Source: an uncultured delta proteobacterium (GTDB taxonomy: Bacteria > Desulfobacterota > Binatia > UBA9968). Taken from it: a stretch of 64,000 bases of DNA. The position numbers were made by a program, and so were the translations under genes. How positions within the stretch are numbered: position 1 is the first letter of the stretch; every line of letters begins with the position of its first letter. A model generated the notes under the pieces. The model had not been told where the DNA came from. It ran no database searches and saw only the letters and a program-made list of their open reading frames with translations. The stretch lies in contig CAVSHR010000004.1 of NCBI GenBank assembly GCA_963727625.1, positions 832,001 through 896,000 of the forward strand. Direction: 5' to 3'. Of this stretch, positions 46,471-56,487 are shown one piece after another.

Positions 46471-48510
46471 TCATTGTCGTTTATTCGCGGGTGTTAAGAA
46501 GGTTCGGCGACCGGAGTTTACCATACTTGAAATATTATCCGGCTTTTCCGAAAGACCGCGGTAACCATAGCCCATGCGCCAATAAAAATTACCAAGTTTT
46601 CGATCATTTATCTCCAGCCCTTCCGCGAAAACATCACCGGTTGCGTCAAAATACCGCGACAACCTCGGATCGGCGAGTCTCTTACGATCCAAATCGACCA
46701 TCAAAAAGTTCCTCCCAATCACCCTCGAAGCAGGAAGCCAAAATGCCCACATCAGGCTTCGGCCGCCGAATAAATGGGGCCCGCCTGTATTGAAAGCTGC
46801 GTCATTATCCACAAAATCGTAGAAACTCAACAGACTTGAAATAAAGTTCCGGTCCATTCCAACGATAACCGGTTTAGTTTTCGTCTCAGACTGGACGGAT
46901 TTGCTTATAGTCGCCACCTTCTCACCGAGTTGCCGCCATGGCCCAAAAAGACGTTTCGTTGAGATGGGACCTGCGCCCGGTAAACCCAACGCGATATAAT
47001 AAAAAGCTGCGCCATGGATGATAAGGAGACCGATGATGGTTGGCATCCACGTTCGTCGAATCAATTTCGTCATCGACCCAGCGATCTCGCGCGGATGGGG
47101 CACCATGTCCCAGGCGACCAAGGGGATCACCGCAAGCCAGACCGGTGCAGTCCAGTTGAGCTTGATCTGATGGCGCAGACTGAAAAACACAAATACAGCG
47201 AACGGCGTTAGGGTGAAAATAAGTACCCAAAGGTAGCGCCGTCTCTCGGTGGAGCGCTGATTGGAGTCTGTCACCCATGTCACGCTCCGAGGCCAGAGAA
47301 CCTTTACCATGCCAAATAACGCTGTCGGAGTTAATAAAAGAAACAATGAGCCGATGAGAACGTGAAGATAGAACTTAGAACGACCCTCCCAACGATCCGA
47401 GCCCTGAAACACAAAAGACACCCAATCGTGTTTCATGTTCCAGACGAGAACGGGGGCGAAAATCGCGAGAGCGATCATGGCCGCAAGGTACGGCTCAGGC
47501 CGGCGCAACCATCGGCGGGATTGCCGGTCGACGAGCACAAAAATTAACGTTCCCAGCCCGAGAAGCGCAATGGTGTATTTTGACAGGAGTCCGAGTCCCA
47601 TGCAGACACCAAGTCCCCACCAGGCTTTCCGATTCTGGCCGAGCAGGACACGCTCCAAGAAATAAAGACAGCCGGCCCAGGCGGCGTACAGAGGCGCGTC
47701 CGGTGTCATGAAGAAGCCGAGTCCGAAATAAATCGGCAAAACAGCCAAGAGTAAGATCACCCGGAAGGCGGTTGTCCGGTCAAAGAAATTCAGTGTCAAG
47801 CGGAACATGAAGAGGGCGGCAATAATCCAGCAGATAAAAGCCGGTAGCCGGACCGAAAGCTCAGATTTGCCAAGTACCGAGGTAAAAAGCCAGATCGACC
47901 ACGCAACCATCGGCGGATGATCCAGATAACTCAGATCCAAATGCTGGGCGTAATTCCAGTAATACGCCTCCTCAGGGATCAAGTTAATGACTCCCATGAA
48001 CACTAGCTTCAGCACCAAAGCATAAACCAAGACAACCGTCGTAATAAAACGCCAGTGGGCTGCCGACATTTCAATCGACCATTTCTCAGGAACAGCGCAA
48101 AGGGATGTGCCGATGAATAGCACGGCAGCACCGGTAAGAATCGCAACCCAAATGGCCGCCTGCGGTTGCCAGTGCCAGGTACTGATCAATAGCGATAGAA
48201 CTGCGCTCCGAAGAAACAAGGATATTAAACACACCGTCAGGAATCGTGAATAAAGTCTCCATGAATGCGCTCCGCCAAACCCTTCTGTGTAGGCAAGACC
48301 TGCGCGTATGACCAATGTGAAAAAGACCACTGCCCCCAACAAAAAACTTGTTATCTGAGACAAATCTATGTTGCCACCCTCGGCAATGAGTACTCGAAAG
48401 ATGACTAGATCGATGACCAAACTTAGGAGGTAACAGGCCGCAAACCGCTTGCTGATTTGGCGGCTCATTTGTCGAATTAGAATCGTCGCTGTCGCACCGG
48501 TCTCATTCAT
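46471..48510 (-). CDS. GtrA-like domain fused to a GT-C (ArnT/GT39/83-like) glycosyltransferase
   Basis: Four N-terminal TMs; PEEAYYW..YLDHPPMVAW, TPDAP, LLSKYT, WNMKHDWVSF. Confidence 0.85.
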   Translation of the reverse strand: MNETGATATILIRQMSRQISKRFAACYLLSLVIDLVIFRVLIAEGGNIDLSQITSFLLGAVVFFTLVIRAGLAYTEGFGGAHSWRLYSRFLTVCLISLFLRSAVLSLLISTWHWQPQAAIWVAILTGAAVLFIGTSLCAVPEKWSIEMSAAHWRFITTVVLVYALVLKLVFMGVINLIPEEAYYWNYAQHLDLSYLDHPPMVAWSIWLFTSVLGKSELSVRLPAFICWIIAALFMFRLTLNFFDRTTAFRVILLLAVLPIYFGLGFFMTPDAPLYAAWAGCLYFLERVLLGQNRKAWWGLGVCMGLGLLSKYTIALLGLGTLIFVLVDRQSRRWLRRPEPYLAAMIALAIFAPVLVWNMKHDWVSFVFQGSDRWEGRSKFYLHVLIGSLFLLLTPTALFGMVKVLWPRSVTWVTDSNQRSTERRRYLWVLIFTLTPFAVFVFFSLRHQIKLNWTAPVWLAVIPLVAWDMVPHPREIAGSMTKLIRRTWMPTIIGLLIIHGAAFYYIALGLPGAGPISTKRLFGPWRQLGEKVATISKSVQSETKTKPVIVGMDRNFISSLLSFYDFVDNDAAFNTGGPHLFGGRSLMWAFWLPASRVIGRNFLMVDLDRKRLADPRLSRYFDATGDVFAEGLEINDRKLGNFYWRMGYGYRGLSEKPDNISSMVNSGRRTFLTPANKRQ

Positions 48511-49353
48511 TGACTTCCCCTGCTCTTTTTCGCACTCCGTGAGTCTTCGTTGAAGGTCTCTCAAGAATATTTTAGTTTCTCAGCCGGTGGACAAATCCGC
48601 GAAGGAAATCGTAATGAGTTACCGGATAACGAGTACGTAGATCTTGATAATCTACAAATCGGCAGGATCGCGATCACGAGATAAGCCGAGAAGAAGGTCT
48701 CCAAATATGCTACTCAGTTTCGTTTATATCTTTCCTCGGTTTTCGGCTCGGTCGGTGTGTGTCGTAACGGCTAGACAAGCCGTCTGCTACGTTAGCCGTG
48801 TGGCCCCCTTCGGTCATTCCCTTGGCGCTGGTTATCTGCGTTGCCGCGCTTGCCCTCCTCTGGCAATACACTCTGATCCTGCCAACATGCTCGCATCGAG
48901 AGCGGCCTGAGACGACTTTCGGCTAATTGATAGTTGTAAATGCCGTAGTTTTCGTTTCCCCATCGATATCCAGCGACTTGCATCATGTCGTCCGATCTGA
49001 CCGCACCATACAAGGCATTAAGACCGCAAACGGTTCATCTCATGGTACACGAGCGATTAAAAATTCCAAGTAACGGATCTCAGTCGGTCATTTTTATGCG
49101 GGACTGCGAGCCCCTCTATCGCTGACCTTTGATTTGTCACTGCTTTTCGCCGGTTTCACCGAAATGCGTCGTGACCAGCGGGGGGAGTCACCGAAACTGC
49201 ATCAAGCGGCGCCTCGCGCCGCACCATTTGTCCTTGGGCGGATGTCGTTTGGAAACGCTCTCCGGCCGTAATTTTGAGACATGCCGCGATGCGAGCAGGG
49301 TTTCCGTCAAACCGCAGGATGATCAGCGGGCAATTCTGGTTTAAATAAGCGGG

Positions 49354-50421
49354 TCAGGTGGTAGACGGCATACGAAACGGAATTCCATCTTTCTTCAATT
49401 CCGCTTCGTAAATTGCGCGAATCTCGGGCGGCTCGTCTTGATGTTCGAGCAGATGGCCGCCTTCATGTTCGCTCAGATTGGGCCGCCAAGGATGGCCCAC
49501 TTGGCGCAAGCCGCGGCGCAGCGCCAGGTGGCGCGCCGCCTCTTTGCTCGTCGTAAAATGATGGTGATACCAGCCTTCCGGCGGCACCAATAGACTGCCG
49601 GGTTTCCAGTTTACGCGGACCATCTCCTGCTCTTTGCCCGGATACCACATCAGCGAATAGCCCTTGCCGGCGATAACGATCACCTGCGCCCCCGGACCGT
49701 GGCGGTGAGCCTTCTTATAAGTGCCCGATTCCACCGCCATGATATGGCCGACCATCGAGTTACCAGAGAGATGAATTCCCAGACGGCTAAAGCCGATGCC
49801 GCGCTCAGGGTGCGGGTCGAGGGTAACCGCGTTCAAATCGGGGATAAAATTAACCACCCGGTCTTCCTGCTCGCCAGGTTTCATCGCGCTGCTGAAAAAA
49901 TCTTTTTGCCCGGAATAACGATCGGTAAACGCGTAAGGTACCGTAAAGACAAAATCCGCGGAGTTATAAACATTCATGATGAGCGGCAGGTTATTCGCCG
50001 TGGCCAGGCGCACCGGCTCCGTCGCCGAGCCGTTGTGATGCTGGTGCCGGACGTTGAGCGGCGGCGAGAACAGACTGCCGGGCTGCCATTCGAGAGTGCT
50101 CGGCTCGCTATTATCGTCGCTCCAGAACTGCGTAGCGCCCCGTCCGGAAAGAATCAGAACCTGTTCCTCGTACATATGACGGATCGACTTGAGGCTCTTC
50201 CCAGGCGGAATCTCGGCGATCAGCACGCCGACGAACCCTTGCGAGCCTTCGAGATGACAATAGGCGGCCGGTCCGCCCCAGCGAGCCCAATGTTTGAGCG
50301 GTGCGGTCTTCAAATCGTCCACGCCATAGCCGCCGATAACCGATAACCCGTCTTTTTCACAAAATTCTAAAAACGCCGATTTGCGCGCGTATCTCTTTGC
50401 CGAGGCCTCGTCTAGGGGCAT
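49354..50421 (-). CDS. Bicupin protein (gentisate dioxygenase-like)
   Basis: RHMYEE..LSGRG, EWQPGSLFSPPLN..HQH, KAHRHGPG, GWYHHHF. Confidence 0.85.
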   Translation of the reverse strand: MPLDEASAKRYARKSAFLEFCEKDGLSVIGGYGVDDLKTAPLKHWARWGGPAAYCHLEGSQGFVGVLIAEIPPGKSLKSIRHMYEEQVLILSGRGATQFWSDDNSEPSTLEWQPGSLFSPPLNVRHQHHNGSATEPVRLATANNLPLIMNVYNSADFVFTVPYAFTDRYSGQKDFFSSAMKPGEQEDRVVNFIPDLNAVTLDPHPERGIGFSRLGIHLSGNSMVGHIMAVESGTYKKAHRHGPGAQVIVIAGKGYSLMWYPGKEQEMVRVNWKPGSLLVPPEGWYHHHFTTSKEAARHLALRRGLRQVGHPWRPNLSEHEGGHLLEHQDEPPEIRAIYEAELKKDGIPFRMPSTT

Positions 50422-50501
50422 GCTTTCACCTCTTTCGAATTGAATTCGATAAATTCATGACTGTCGGATTCGCGCCGAAAAAAGATGGTGATTTATCGCG
50501 C

Positions 50502-52250
50502 TCACTCGCGCACACCGACCTGTCCGCCCAGGGCGCGCGCGAACAGCGCCGCGCCCACCACCAAAGCTACGATGATGACCGCGACTACGGTAGCCTTTTC
50601 GAACTCCGCACCGGCGGCGAAATCCAGCATCAAGAGCGACAGAGTACGCGACTTTCCCGAGCCGAGCAGCACCACCGTGCTGATATCGCGGGCGGCAGAG
50701 ATAAAGCCGACAAGACCAACGGTGATCAGCGCCGGCATGGCCAGCGGCAGGATCACTCGCCTGAAGGTGTGAAACCAAGTCCCGCCGCAGACTTTCGATG
50801 CCTCCTCGAGATCGCTGCCGAGCTGGATCAACACACCTTTGATCATCTGCGTTCCGAAGGGCATGCTCTTGATTACCATCGCGATCATCAGCAGGTAGAT
50901 GGTTCCGTAGATCGGCAAAAAAATTCGGGTTTGCAAAAAAGTCCAGAGCAGCGCAATGCCGAGCAGAATTCCCGGAATCGACCAGGGCAGCCAGGAAAGA
51001 AAGTCGAGCAGCCAGCGGCCCGCGTAGCGGGTCTTGACGATCACATAGGCGATCAGCGCGAAGAGGAAAACCCCGATGACACCGGAGCCGATGCCGATCG
51101 CCAGCGTGTTCCACAATGAGCGCAGCAGCACCGGGTCGTTCAAGGTCGCGCGCCAATTATCCAGGGTCCAGGGCTCGGCGATGTGGAAGAAACCGAAGAG
51201 TTTCATGAATGTGCCGACCAGCAACAGCGCGGTTGGCACCAGCGTGACGATCAGGGCGAACGACAAAATCAGCGCGAAGGCTGGATAGCGCCAGCGCCCT
51301 AGCTGCGTCGGGCGGATGCTGAAACCGCGCCCGGTCACCGTCTCGTAATTTCGCTGAGCGATAAAGCGGCGCTGCAATGCGACCATGATCAACAGAATGC
51401 CGAGAAAAACCGTGCTCAACGCCATCGCCGGCGCAAACTGGGGCGGCTCCCAGGTCACCAGCTCGTGGATCTTCGTCGAATAAACCTGCAAGCCGATCGG
51501 CGTGCCGAGCAAGAGCTCTATTTCGAAAGCCTCCAGCGATCGAATGATGCCGAGAATTGTCGTCACCAGGATTGCCGGCATCATCACCGGGATCACGATG
51601 TGAAAAAGCGTCCGCCAGCCGCTGGCGCCAGAAATCTTTGATGCCTCCTCGAAAGCCGCATCGAGGTTGCGGAAGGCCGGCGCCAACAGCATCACTTTGA
51701 TGGCGATGGTGCCGCCCATATGCGCCCAGACGATGCCCCAAAAAGAATAGATATTGAACACCGGCTGGCTGACAATGCCGAGACCGATCAATGCCTGGTT
51801 GAGCAGACCGTATTTCGGGTCGAGCAACAGAATCCAACCCATCGCTTCCGGCAAGGCCGGCAGAAAAAATGACAGCCAGAAAAAAAACTCCAACGTCCCC
51901 TTCATAGGGATGTCGGTGCGCGCAATTAGCCAGGCAAAAAAAACGCCGACCAACAGGGCGATGGACTGCCGCACGATCGCCAGCGTGAAGGTATTGGTGA
52001 TCGCTCTGACAATCCCCGGAGTAGTAAAAGCCTTGACCCATCCTTCCATGCCCCAGACAATCGGTTGGCCCGGACGCGCTGTCTGAAAGCTGTTGAGGAT
52101 CATCAAAAACAGCGGCGTTAACACGAGGAACCCGACGACGAGCAGCAGCGCGATCATGGGCAGCGACGGCAGCGACGGCGAGCGCCAGGAAAAAAATCCG
52201 GGTCGTTCGAAGCTTGCCACCGGTTCCATGGCTTGTGATTTTTCGCTCAT
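50502..52250 (-). CDS. Fe3+-type ABC permease (FbpB-like, two domains)
   Basis: LDAAFEEASKISGA and LGSDLEEASKVCGG EAA loops; many TMs. Confidence 0.92.
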   Translation of the reverse strand: MSEKSQAMEPVASFERPGFFSWRSPSLPSLPMIALLLVVGFLVLTPLFLMILNSFQTARPGQPIVWGMEGWVKAFTTPGIVRAITNTFTLAIVRQSIALLVGVFFAWLIARTDIPMKGTLEFFFWLSFFLPALPEAMGWILLLDPKYGLLNQALIGLGIVSQPVFNIYSFWGIVWAHMGGTIAIKVMLLAPAFRNLDAAFEEASKISGASGWRTLFHIVIPVMMPAILVTTILGIIRSLEAFEIELLLGTPIGLQVYSTKIHELVTWEPPQFAPAMALSTVFLGILLIMVALQRRFIAQRNYETVTGRGFSIRPTQLGRWRYPAFALILSFALIVTLVPTALLLVGTFMKLFGFFHIAEPWTLDNWRATLNDPVLLRSLWNTLAIGIGSGVIGVFLFALIAYVIVKTRYAGRWLLDFLSWLPWSIPGILLGIALLWTFLQTRIFLPIYGTIYLLMIAMVIKSMPFGTQMIKGVLIQLGSDLEEASKVCGGTWFHTFRRVILPLAMPALITVGLVGFISAARDISTVVLLGSGKSRTLSLLMLDFAAGAEFEKATVVAVIIVALVVGAALFARALGGQVGVRE

Positions 52251-52294
52251 GACATGGCTTGGCTATCAGCGCTGATTTATACGGACGAATTGCG

Positions 52295-53440
52295 TCAATC
52301 GTCGTTGGCGGCGACGTCGTAATCTCTATTCGGCGCGATGCCCCTTTTCGCCAACTCGGCTTCATAGGTCGGCCGGATCGCCGGATCTTCGTCGACGTAC
52401 TCGATCAGCGTGCCGCCTTGCCTGACCGATGTGTAAACGCCGGCGCGGATCGCCGCGACACGGATACCGAGCGGGTATTTGTGGCTGCCACAACGCAAAC
52501 CCAGTTGCAGCGCCGGTTCAGGGCCGGTGTTGAAGTGCTGATGAAACCAGTTGGTCGGCGGGCTGAAAACGCTGCCCGGCACCCAATCGACACGCACCAC
52601 CTGATCGCCGAAGCCGTTTTCATAGGGACGCGTCCCCAGATGGTTGGGCCACATCAGCGAATAGCCCTCCGAGCGCAGGATCACCAGGACCGCACCGCCA
52701 CCGTGAAAGTGCGCCTTGTGATAGCGTCCCACCGGCCACTCGGCGAGATGGCCGATCAAAATGTTCTCGGAAATTTCGAACTGGGTGATGTTGACACCGG
52801 CCCCCTTCTGCTCCTGGGCGTCGATCTGCGCCTGGCGCACGTCGGGAATAAAGTTGGTCTCCCAAATCCACTGCCTGTTGTTGGTTGCCAGATAACGCTC
52901 GTTGCTCGCTTCGAAGTAGAGGGGTTCGCCGTCGTAGCGATCGTTGAATGAAAAGTCGCTGTTAAAGACAAACTGCTCGTTGTGATAATGATCCAGTGCC
53001 ATCGGCGCCGTGGTGACCGCCAGAAACAGCGCCGGATCGCTGCCATAATTCATCAACCGGTGCAGCGTATTCAGCGGCGGTGAGAACAAGCTGCCCGCCT
53101 GCCACTGTAGATTCTGCGGCACGCGATCGCTCTGCTGAATCTCGGCGACCCCTTCGCCCGAGAAGATATAAACAATCTCTTCGTAGAGATGGCGCTCCGG
53201 CTCGGTGGCGGCACCGGGGGCAAGCCGGCCGACGTACACCCCGGTGATGCCTTCCAAGCCGCGCAGTTGGAGGTACGCACCCGCGCAGCCGAGCCGCTTC
53301 CACGGCTTGAGCGCGAGGCTGCGCACGTCGGTGACCCCGAAACCTTCGATGACCGGCACGCCCTCTTTTCCCATCCAGCGTTCGTAATAGGTTTTTGCCC
53401 GGGGCCGCGCGGCGCCGATTTTGACGACCTTAGAATCCAT
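52295..53440 (-). CDS. Bicupin protein
   Basis: ERHLYEE, WQAGSLFSPPLN, YHKAHFHGGG, NWFHQHFN. Confidence 0.85.
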   Translation of the reverse strand: MDSKVVKIGAARPRAKTYYERWMGKEGVPVIEGFGVTDVRSLALKPWKRLGCAGAYLQLRGLEGITGVYVGRLAPGAATEPERHLYEEIVYIFSGEGVAEIQQSDRVPQNLQWQAGSLFSPPLNTLHRLMNYGSDPALFLAVTTAPMALDHYHNEQFVFNSDFSFNDRYDGEPLYFEASNERYLATNNRQWIWETNFIPDVRQAQIDAQEQKGAGVNITQFEISENILIGHLAEWPVGRYHKAHFHGGGAVLVILRSEGYSLMWPNHLGTRPYENGFGDQVVRVDWVPGSVFSPPTNWFHQHFNTGPEPALQLGLRCGSHKYPLGIRVAAIRAGVYTSVRQGGTLIEYVDEDPAIRPTYEAELAKRGIAPNRDYDVAANDD

Positions 53441-54899
53441 ATTCTTTCCATCTCCTCTTGAGCTTGTCGGCCATTTCGATCGAGATCGCAGTTCCCACCG
53501 CGGGATAGCGGTTGCCGCCGTATTGTTCCTGCGGCTGCAACTGCCAGTTGATCGTCGCGTCAATCAGCACTCGAGTCCACGACCCATGCCCGTACTTGAC
53601 CGAATTGCGCGCCTCCAACGGCACGCTGGGATCGAGCATCGAACCGCTGGTGCCGGCGAAAAAAGAAATATCGCTCAAACCGGCATTCACCCGGTAACAC
53701 AGCGCCCACTCGATCGCCTCCCAATCGTGAATGTCGATATCGTCGTCGACGACGATCACATGCTTCGCCGCGTAATTTCCGAGGTGGCAGCCCCACAAAG
53801 CCGTTGCCACCTGTTGGGCATGGCCGCGGTGGGACTTACGAATCTGCACGCGCATGGTCTCGGGCCATTTACCGCGCCAAACTCCGGTAATATTGGGCAC
53901 ACCGGCCTGTTCGAGATAGTGCCAGGCCATCGCCGAGAAAGTCGCCGGCGTCCAGGTCGTCCCCTCGTTGGTCCGGCCGGGACTCGCGCCGGTGAGACAG
54001 CCGTGAAAAATCGGATCGTTGCGATGGCTAATGCACTCGACGCGAAGCGTATGTTTCGGCGATTTGCTGCCGCCATAATAACCCGGATACTCGCTGAACG
54101 GCCCTTCGAGGGTAAACGTCGTCGGATCAGCCGAGACATAACCTTCCAGCACGATCTCCGCGCGGGCGGGTACCAAGAGATCACTCAGTTCGCATTTGAC
54201 CAATTCCACCGGCGCGCCGCGCAGCGAACCCGCCATTTCATATTCCGGGTAACTCACCGGGGTTGACGCGGCCACGAAGAGCGTCTGATCCCAGCCGATC
54301 ACCACGGCCACCGGCATCTCCTGGCCGCGGTTTTTGTATTTGCTAAAGTGCTTGCCCCATCCTTGAGTCATTGCGAGCAACACGCCGATGCGATTTTTTC
54401 CGGTGATCATGCCGCGATAGGTGCCGCCGTTGAGCACGCCGGTATCCGGATCGCGCGTTACCACCGTGGCGGAGGTCATGACGTACCGGCCTCCGTCAAG
54501 CGGGTTCCATTTAGGCACAGGCAATTGAAAAAGATCCACCTCACCATCGCGCAAAATATTTTCCTTCACCGGTGCTTTGCTTACCATCACAGGCGGCAGC
54601 GGCCGGGAAAAGCGCTCTTTAAAGATCGGCACCATATCGCGGTAGCTGGTCGTTTCCGGCACACCGATAAAGCGGCAGACTCGTTCGCGTGTGCCGGTGC
54701 CGTTAGTAAACAAACGCCGGCAAAATGTGTTCTGATGGTCCTCAATATTTTCGAAAAGCAGCGCGGGACCCGATTGACTGGAGATCTCGCGCGTGATCGC
54801 GCCGATTTCCTGGTCCCAGTCGACTCGAGCGCCGATACGCTTCAGATCTTTGCGTTCTTCGAGATCGTTGATCCAGTCTCGCAAGTCTTCAAATGCCAC
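53430..54899 (-). CDS. UbiD-family (de)carboxylase
   Basis: DLRDWI, LDGGRY, NGGTYR, EGPFSEYPGYY, VVDDDID. Confidence 0.93.
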   Translation of the reverse strand: MAFEDLRDWINDLEERKDLKRIGARVDWDQEIGAITREISSQSGPALLFENIEDHQNTFCRRLFTNGTGTRERVCRFIGVPETTSYRDMVPIFKERFSRPLPPVMVSKAPVKENILRDGEVDLFQLPVPKWNPLDGGRYVMTSATVVTRDPDTGVLNGGTYRGMITGKNRIGVLLAMTQGWGKHFSKYKNRGQEMPVAVVIGWDQTLFVAASTPVSYPEYEMAGSLRGAPVELVKCELSDLLVPARAEIVLEGYVSADPTTFTLEGPFSEYPGYYGGSKSPKHTLRVECISHRNDPIFHGCLTGASPGRTNEGTTWTPATFSAMAWHYLEQAGVPNITGVWRGKWPETMRVQIRKSHRGHAQQVATALWGCHLGNYAAKHVIVVDDDIDIHDWEAIEWALCYRVNAGLSDISFFAGTSGSMLDPSVPLEARNSVKYGHGSWTRVLIDATINWQLQPQEQYGGNRYPAVGTAISIEMADKLKRRWKEYGF

Positions 54900-54968
54900 C
54901 GTCGGAACCCTCTTCTTCCAAGCCTATTGCCATCTATTGCGTCCTATTACCTGCTCCAAATCCATCGG

Positions 54969-55046
54969 GGGAGTCGGAGTACTGGAGTGTTGGAATGATG
55001 CATTCTTTAACCCGGTGCTCCAATATTTCATCACTCCAGTACTCCG
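54969..55046. repeat. Palindromic GGAGTA-family element
   Basis: cggagtactggagtg ... cactccagtactccg, perfect 15-nt inverted arms. Confidence 0.7.
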
Positions 55047-55057
55047 GATAACCCACC

Positions 55058-56164
55058 CTACGAGCCGAGTAACTTGCGCGCGACAGCGGCTCCTGGTTCA
55101 CGAATTTTATAAACTTTTTCTTCAGATTGATTTTCCAGTTGGTGAAATTGCTCAAGGGTCAGTCCATCCTTTGCGGCGAGGACTCCGAACTCTCTGAGCC
55201 ACTTGGTATCGACGTCGAGTCGGCGCGAGCCGACGCCCATGCCGCGAGAAAAGAGTTCTTGACCCTCTCGGCTCAACAGCCAGTTTACGAAAACCTTGGT
55301 CGCGTTGGGATGAGGCTGTTTCTTAAAGATCATTAGATGACCGTAACCGCCGCTTACATAGAGCCCTTCGCTCGGAACCGGAAGCGCGGTGACCGGCAAT
55401 CCGGCCTTGATGAAAGGGAGGAATTCCGAATAACCGATGCCCGAAGTGACCGCGATTTTTCCCCTTGCCAAGTTGTCGGCAAGCAGGCGCAGATCCCGGG
55501 TGACAAACAACTTCTGCGCCACCAAGCGTTTCAAGAACTCTTCACCCTTGATGTAATTCATGTAAGACCACATGGACGAGCCGGAACCAGGGGTGCGCGG
55601 GTCGCTGATGCCGATCTTGCCGCGCAGTTTGGAATTCAACAGATCATCGAATGACTTGAACTCGCTCGGTTTGTAAAGATCGGCGTTGCTCCACAGACTC
55701 ACGGTTTGGTAGGCCACGAAGTTATAGATAAATTTCTTGGCGTTGTCGGCCCAAATATAGCCGCCCCACCACTGCTTGGGATCTCTGACTTCGGGGAGGA
55801 TAAAGAAAGGCTCCACGGGCTCAAGAACGTTCTCGGGCAAAAGCCCGGTAATGGCCGACTCGGTTCCGCCGATGTGAATGTCGAAATACTGTGCTCCGGC
55901 TTTGGCTTCATCGACCATTCTTCGGATGATGTTGCCGCCTCGAGCGGGAACGAACTCCACACCGATGCCATAGCGTTTGGGAAAAGACAGCTCCATCAGC
56001 TTGCGTAATTCAGCGCTCGGCGGGATCGAGGCGACGACTTTGCCTTCCTTCCGTCCCGCCTCGACGATCTTCTCCCAGTCTGCCGGCCTTGATTGCGCGA
56101 TGGCAAGGTGAGCGCTCAAACACGAACTCGCCAGCAGGAGCGGCACTAAGCGTTTCTTCAGCAT
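55058..56164 (-). CDS. Extracellular solute-binding protein (Fe3+/polyamine type)
   Basis: WEKIVEAGRKEGKV, DPRTPGSG, PHPNATKVFVNWLLSREGQ. Confidence 0.9.
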   Translation of the reverse strand: MLKKRLVPLLLASSCLSAHLAIAQSRPADWEKIVEAGRKEGKVVASIPPSAELRKLMELSFPKRYGIGVEFVPARGGNIIRRMVDEAKAGAQYFDIHIGGTESAITGLLPENVLEPVEPFFILPEVRDPKQWWGGYIWADNAKKFIYNFVAYQTVSLWSNADLYKPSEFKSFDDLLNSKLRGKIGISDPRTPGSGSSMWSYMNYIKGEEFLKRLVAQKLFVTRDLRLLADNLARGKIAVTSGIGYSEFLPFIKAGLPVTALPVPSEGLYVSGGYGHLMIFKKQPHPNATKVFVNWLLSREGQELFSRGMGVGSRRLDVDTKWLREFGVLAAKDGLTLEQFHQLENQSEEKVYKIREPGAAVARKLLGS

Positions 56165-56213
56165 CAACCCGATAAATCCTATGGGACTCATGTTTCTCAT
56201 CCCCACAATCAAT

Positions 56214-56318
56214 TTAGTTGATCGAATTCTCGGCAAGTTCCATTGCCGGCTTGTGGTATTTCATCACCAGGTCCTCGGAATTATTCTCCAGTTCATTGAA
56301 ATTTTCGAGATCAACACT
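56214..56318 (-). pseudogene. C-terminal remnant of another solute-binding paralog
   Basis: Hand translation SVDLENFNELENNSEDLVMKYHKPAMELAENSIN* aligns with RYDELENGSEEVIIKYRNPARQFAKKLLD of the neighbour. Confidence 0.65.
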
Positions 56319-56487
56319 TCCATCGCCACTGCGTGGCCGTACTCTCGCTCTATTTTAGTCTTGCTATCGAAGCACCGCGCCTGAATGCGTGCCCACGACA
56401 TTCGCGCCGGTCAGACGGACCTTCAGTCCGCTCCGTAACCCAAGAGGCGCGAATTCGCTCAGTAGCTCAGCTTGCCGCACGGCGTCG

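Noticed and set aside
48765-48800. GGCTAAC plus a short hairpin (minus strand) as another attC
   Set aside because: The stem is too short and there is no GTT at the expected R' position.
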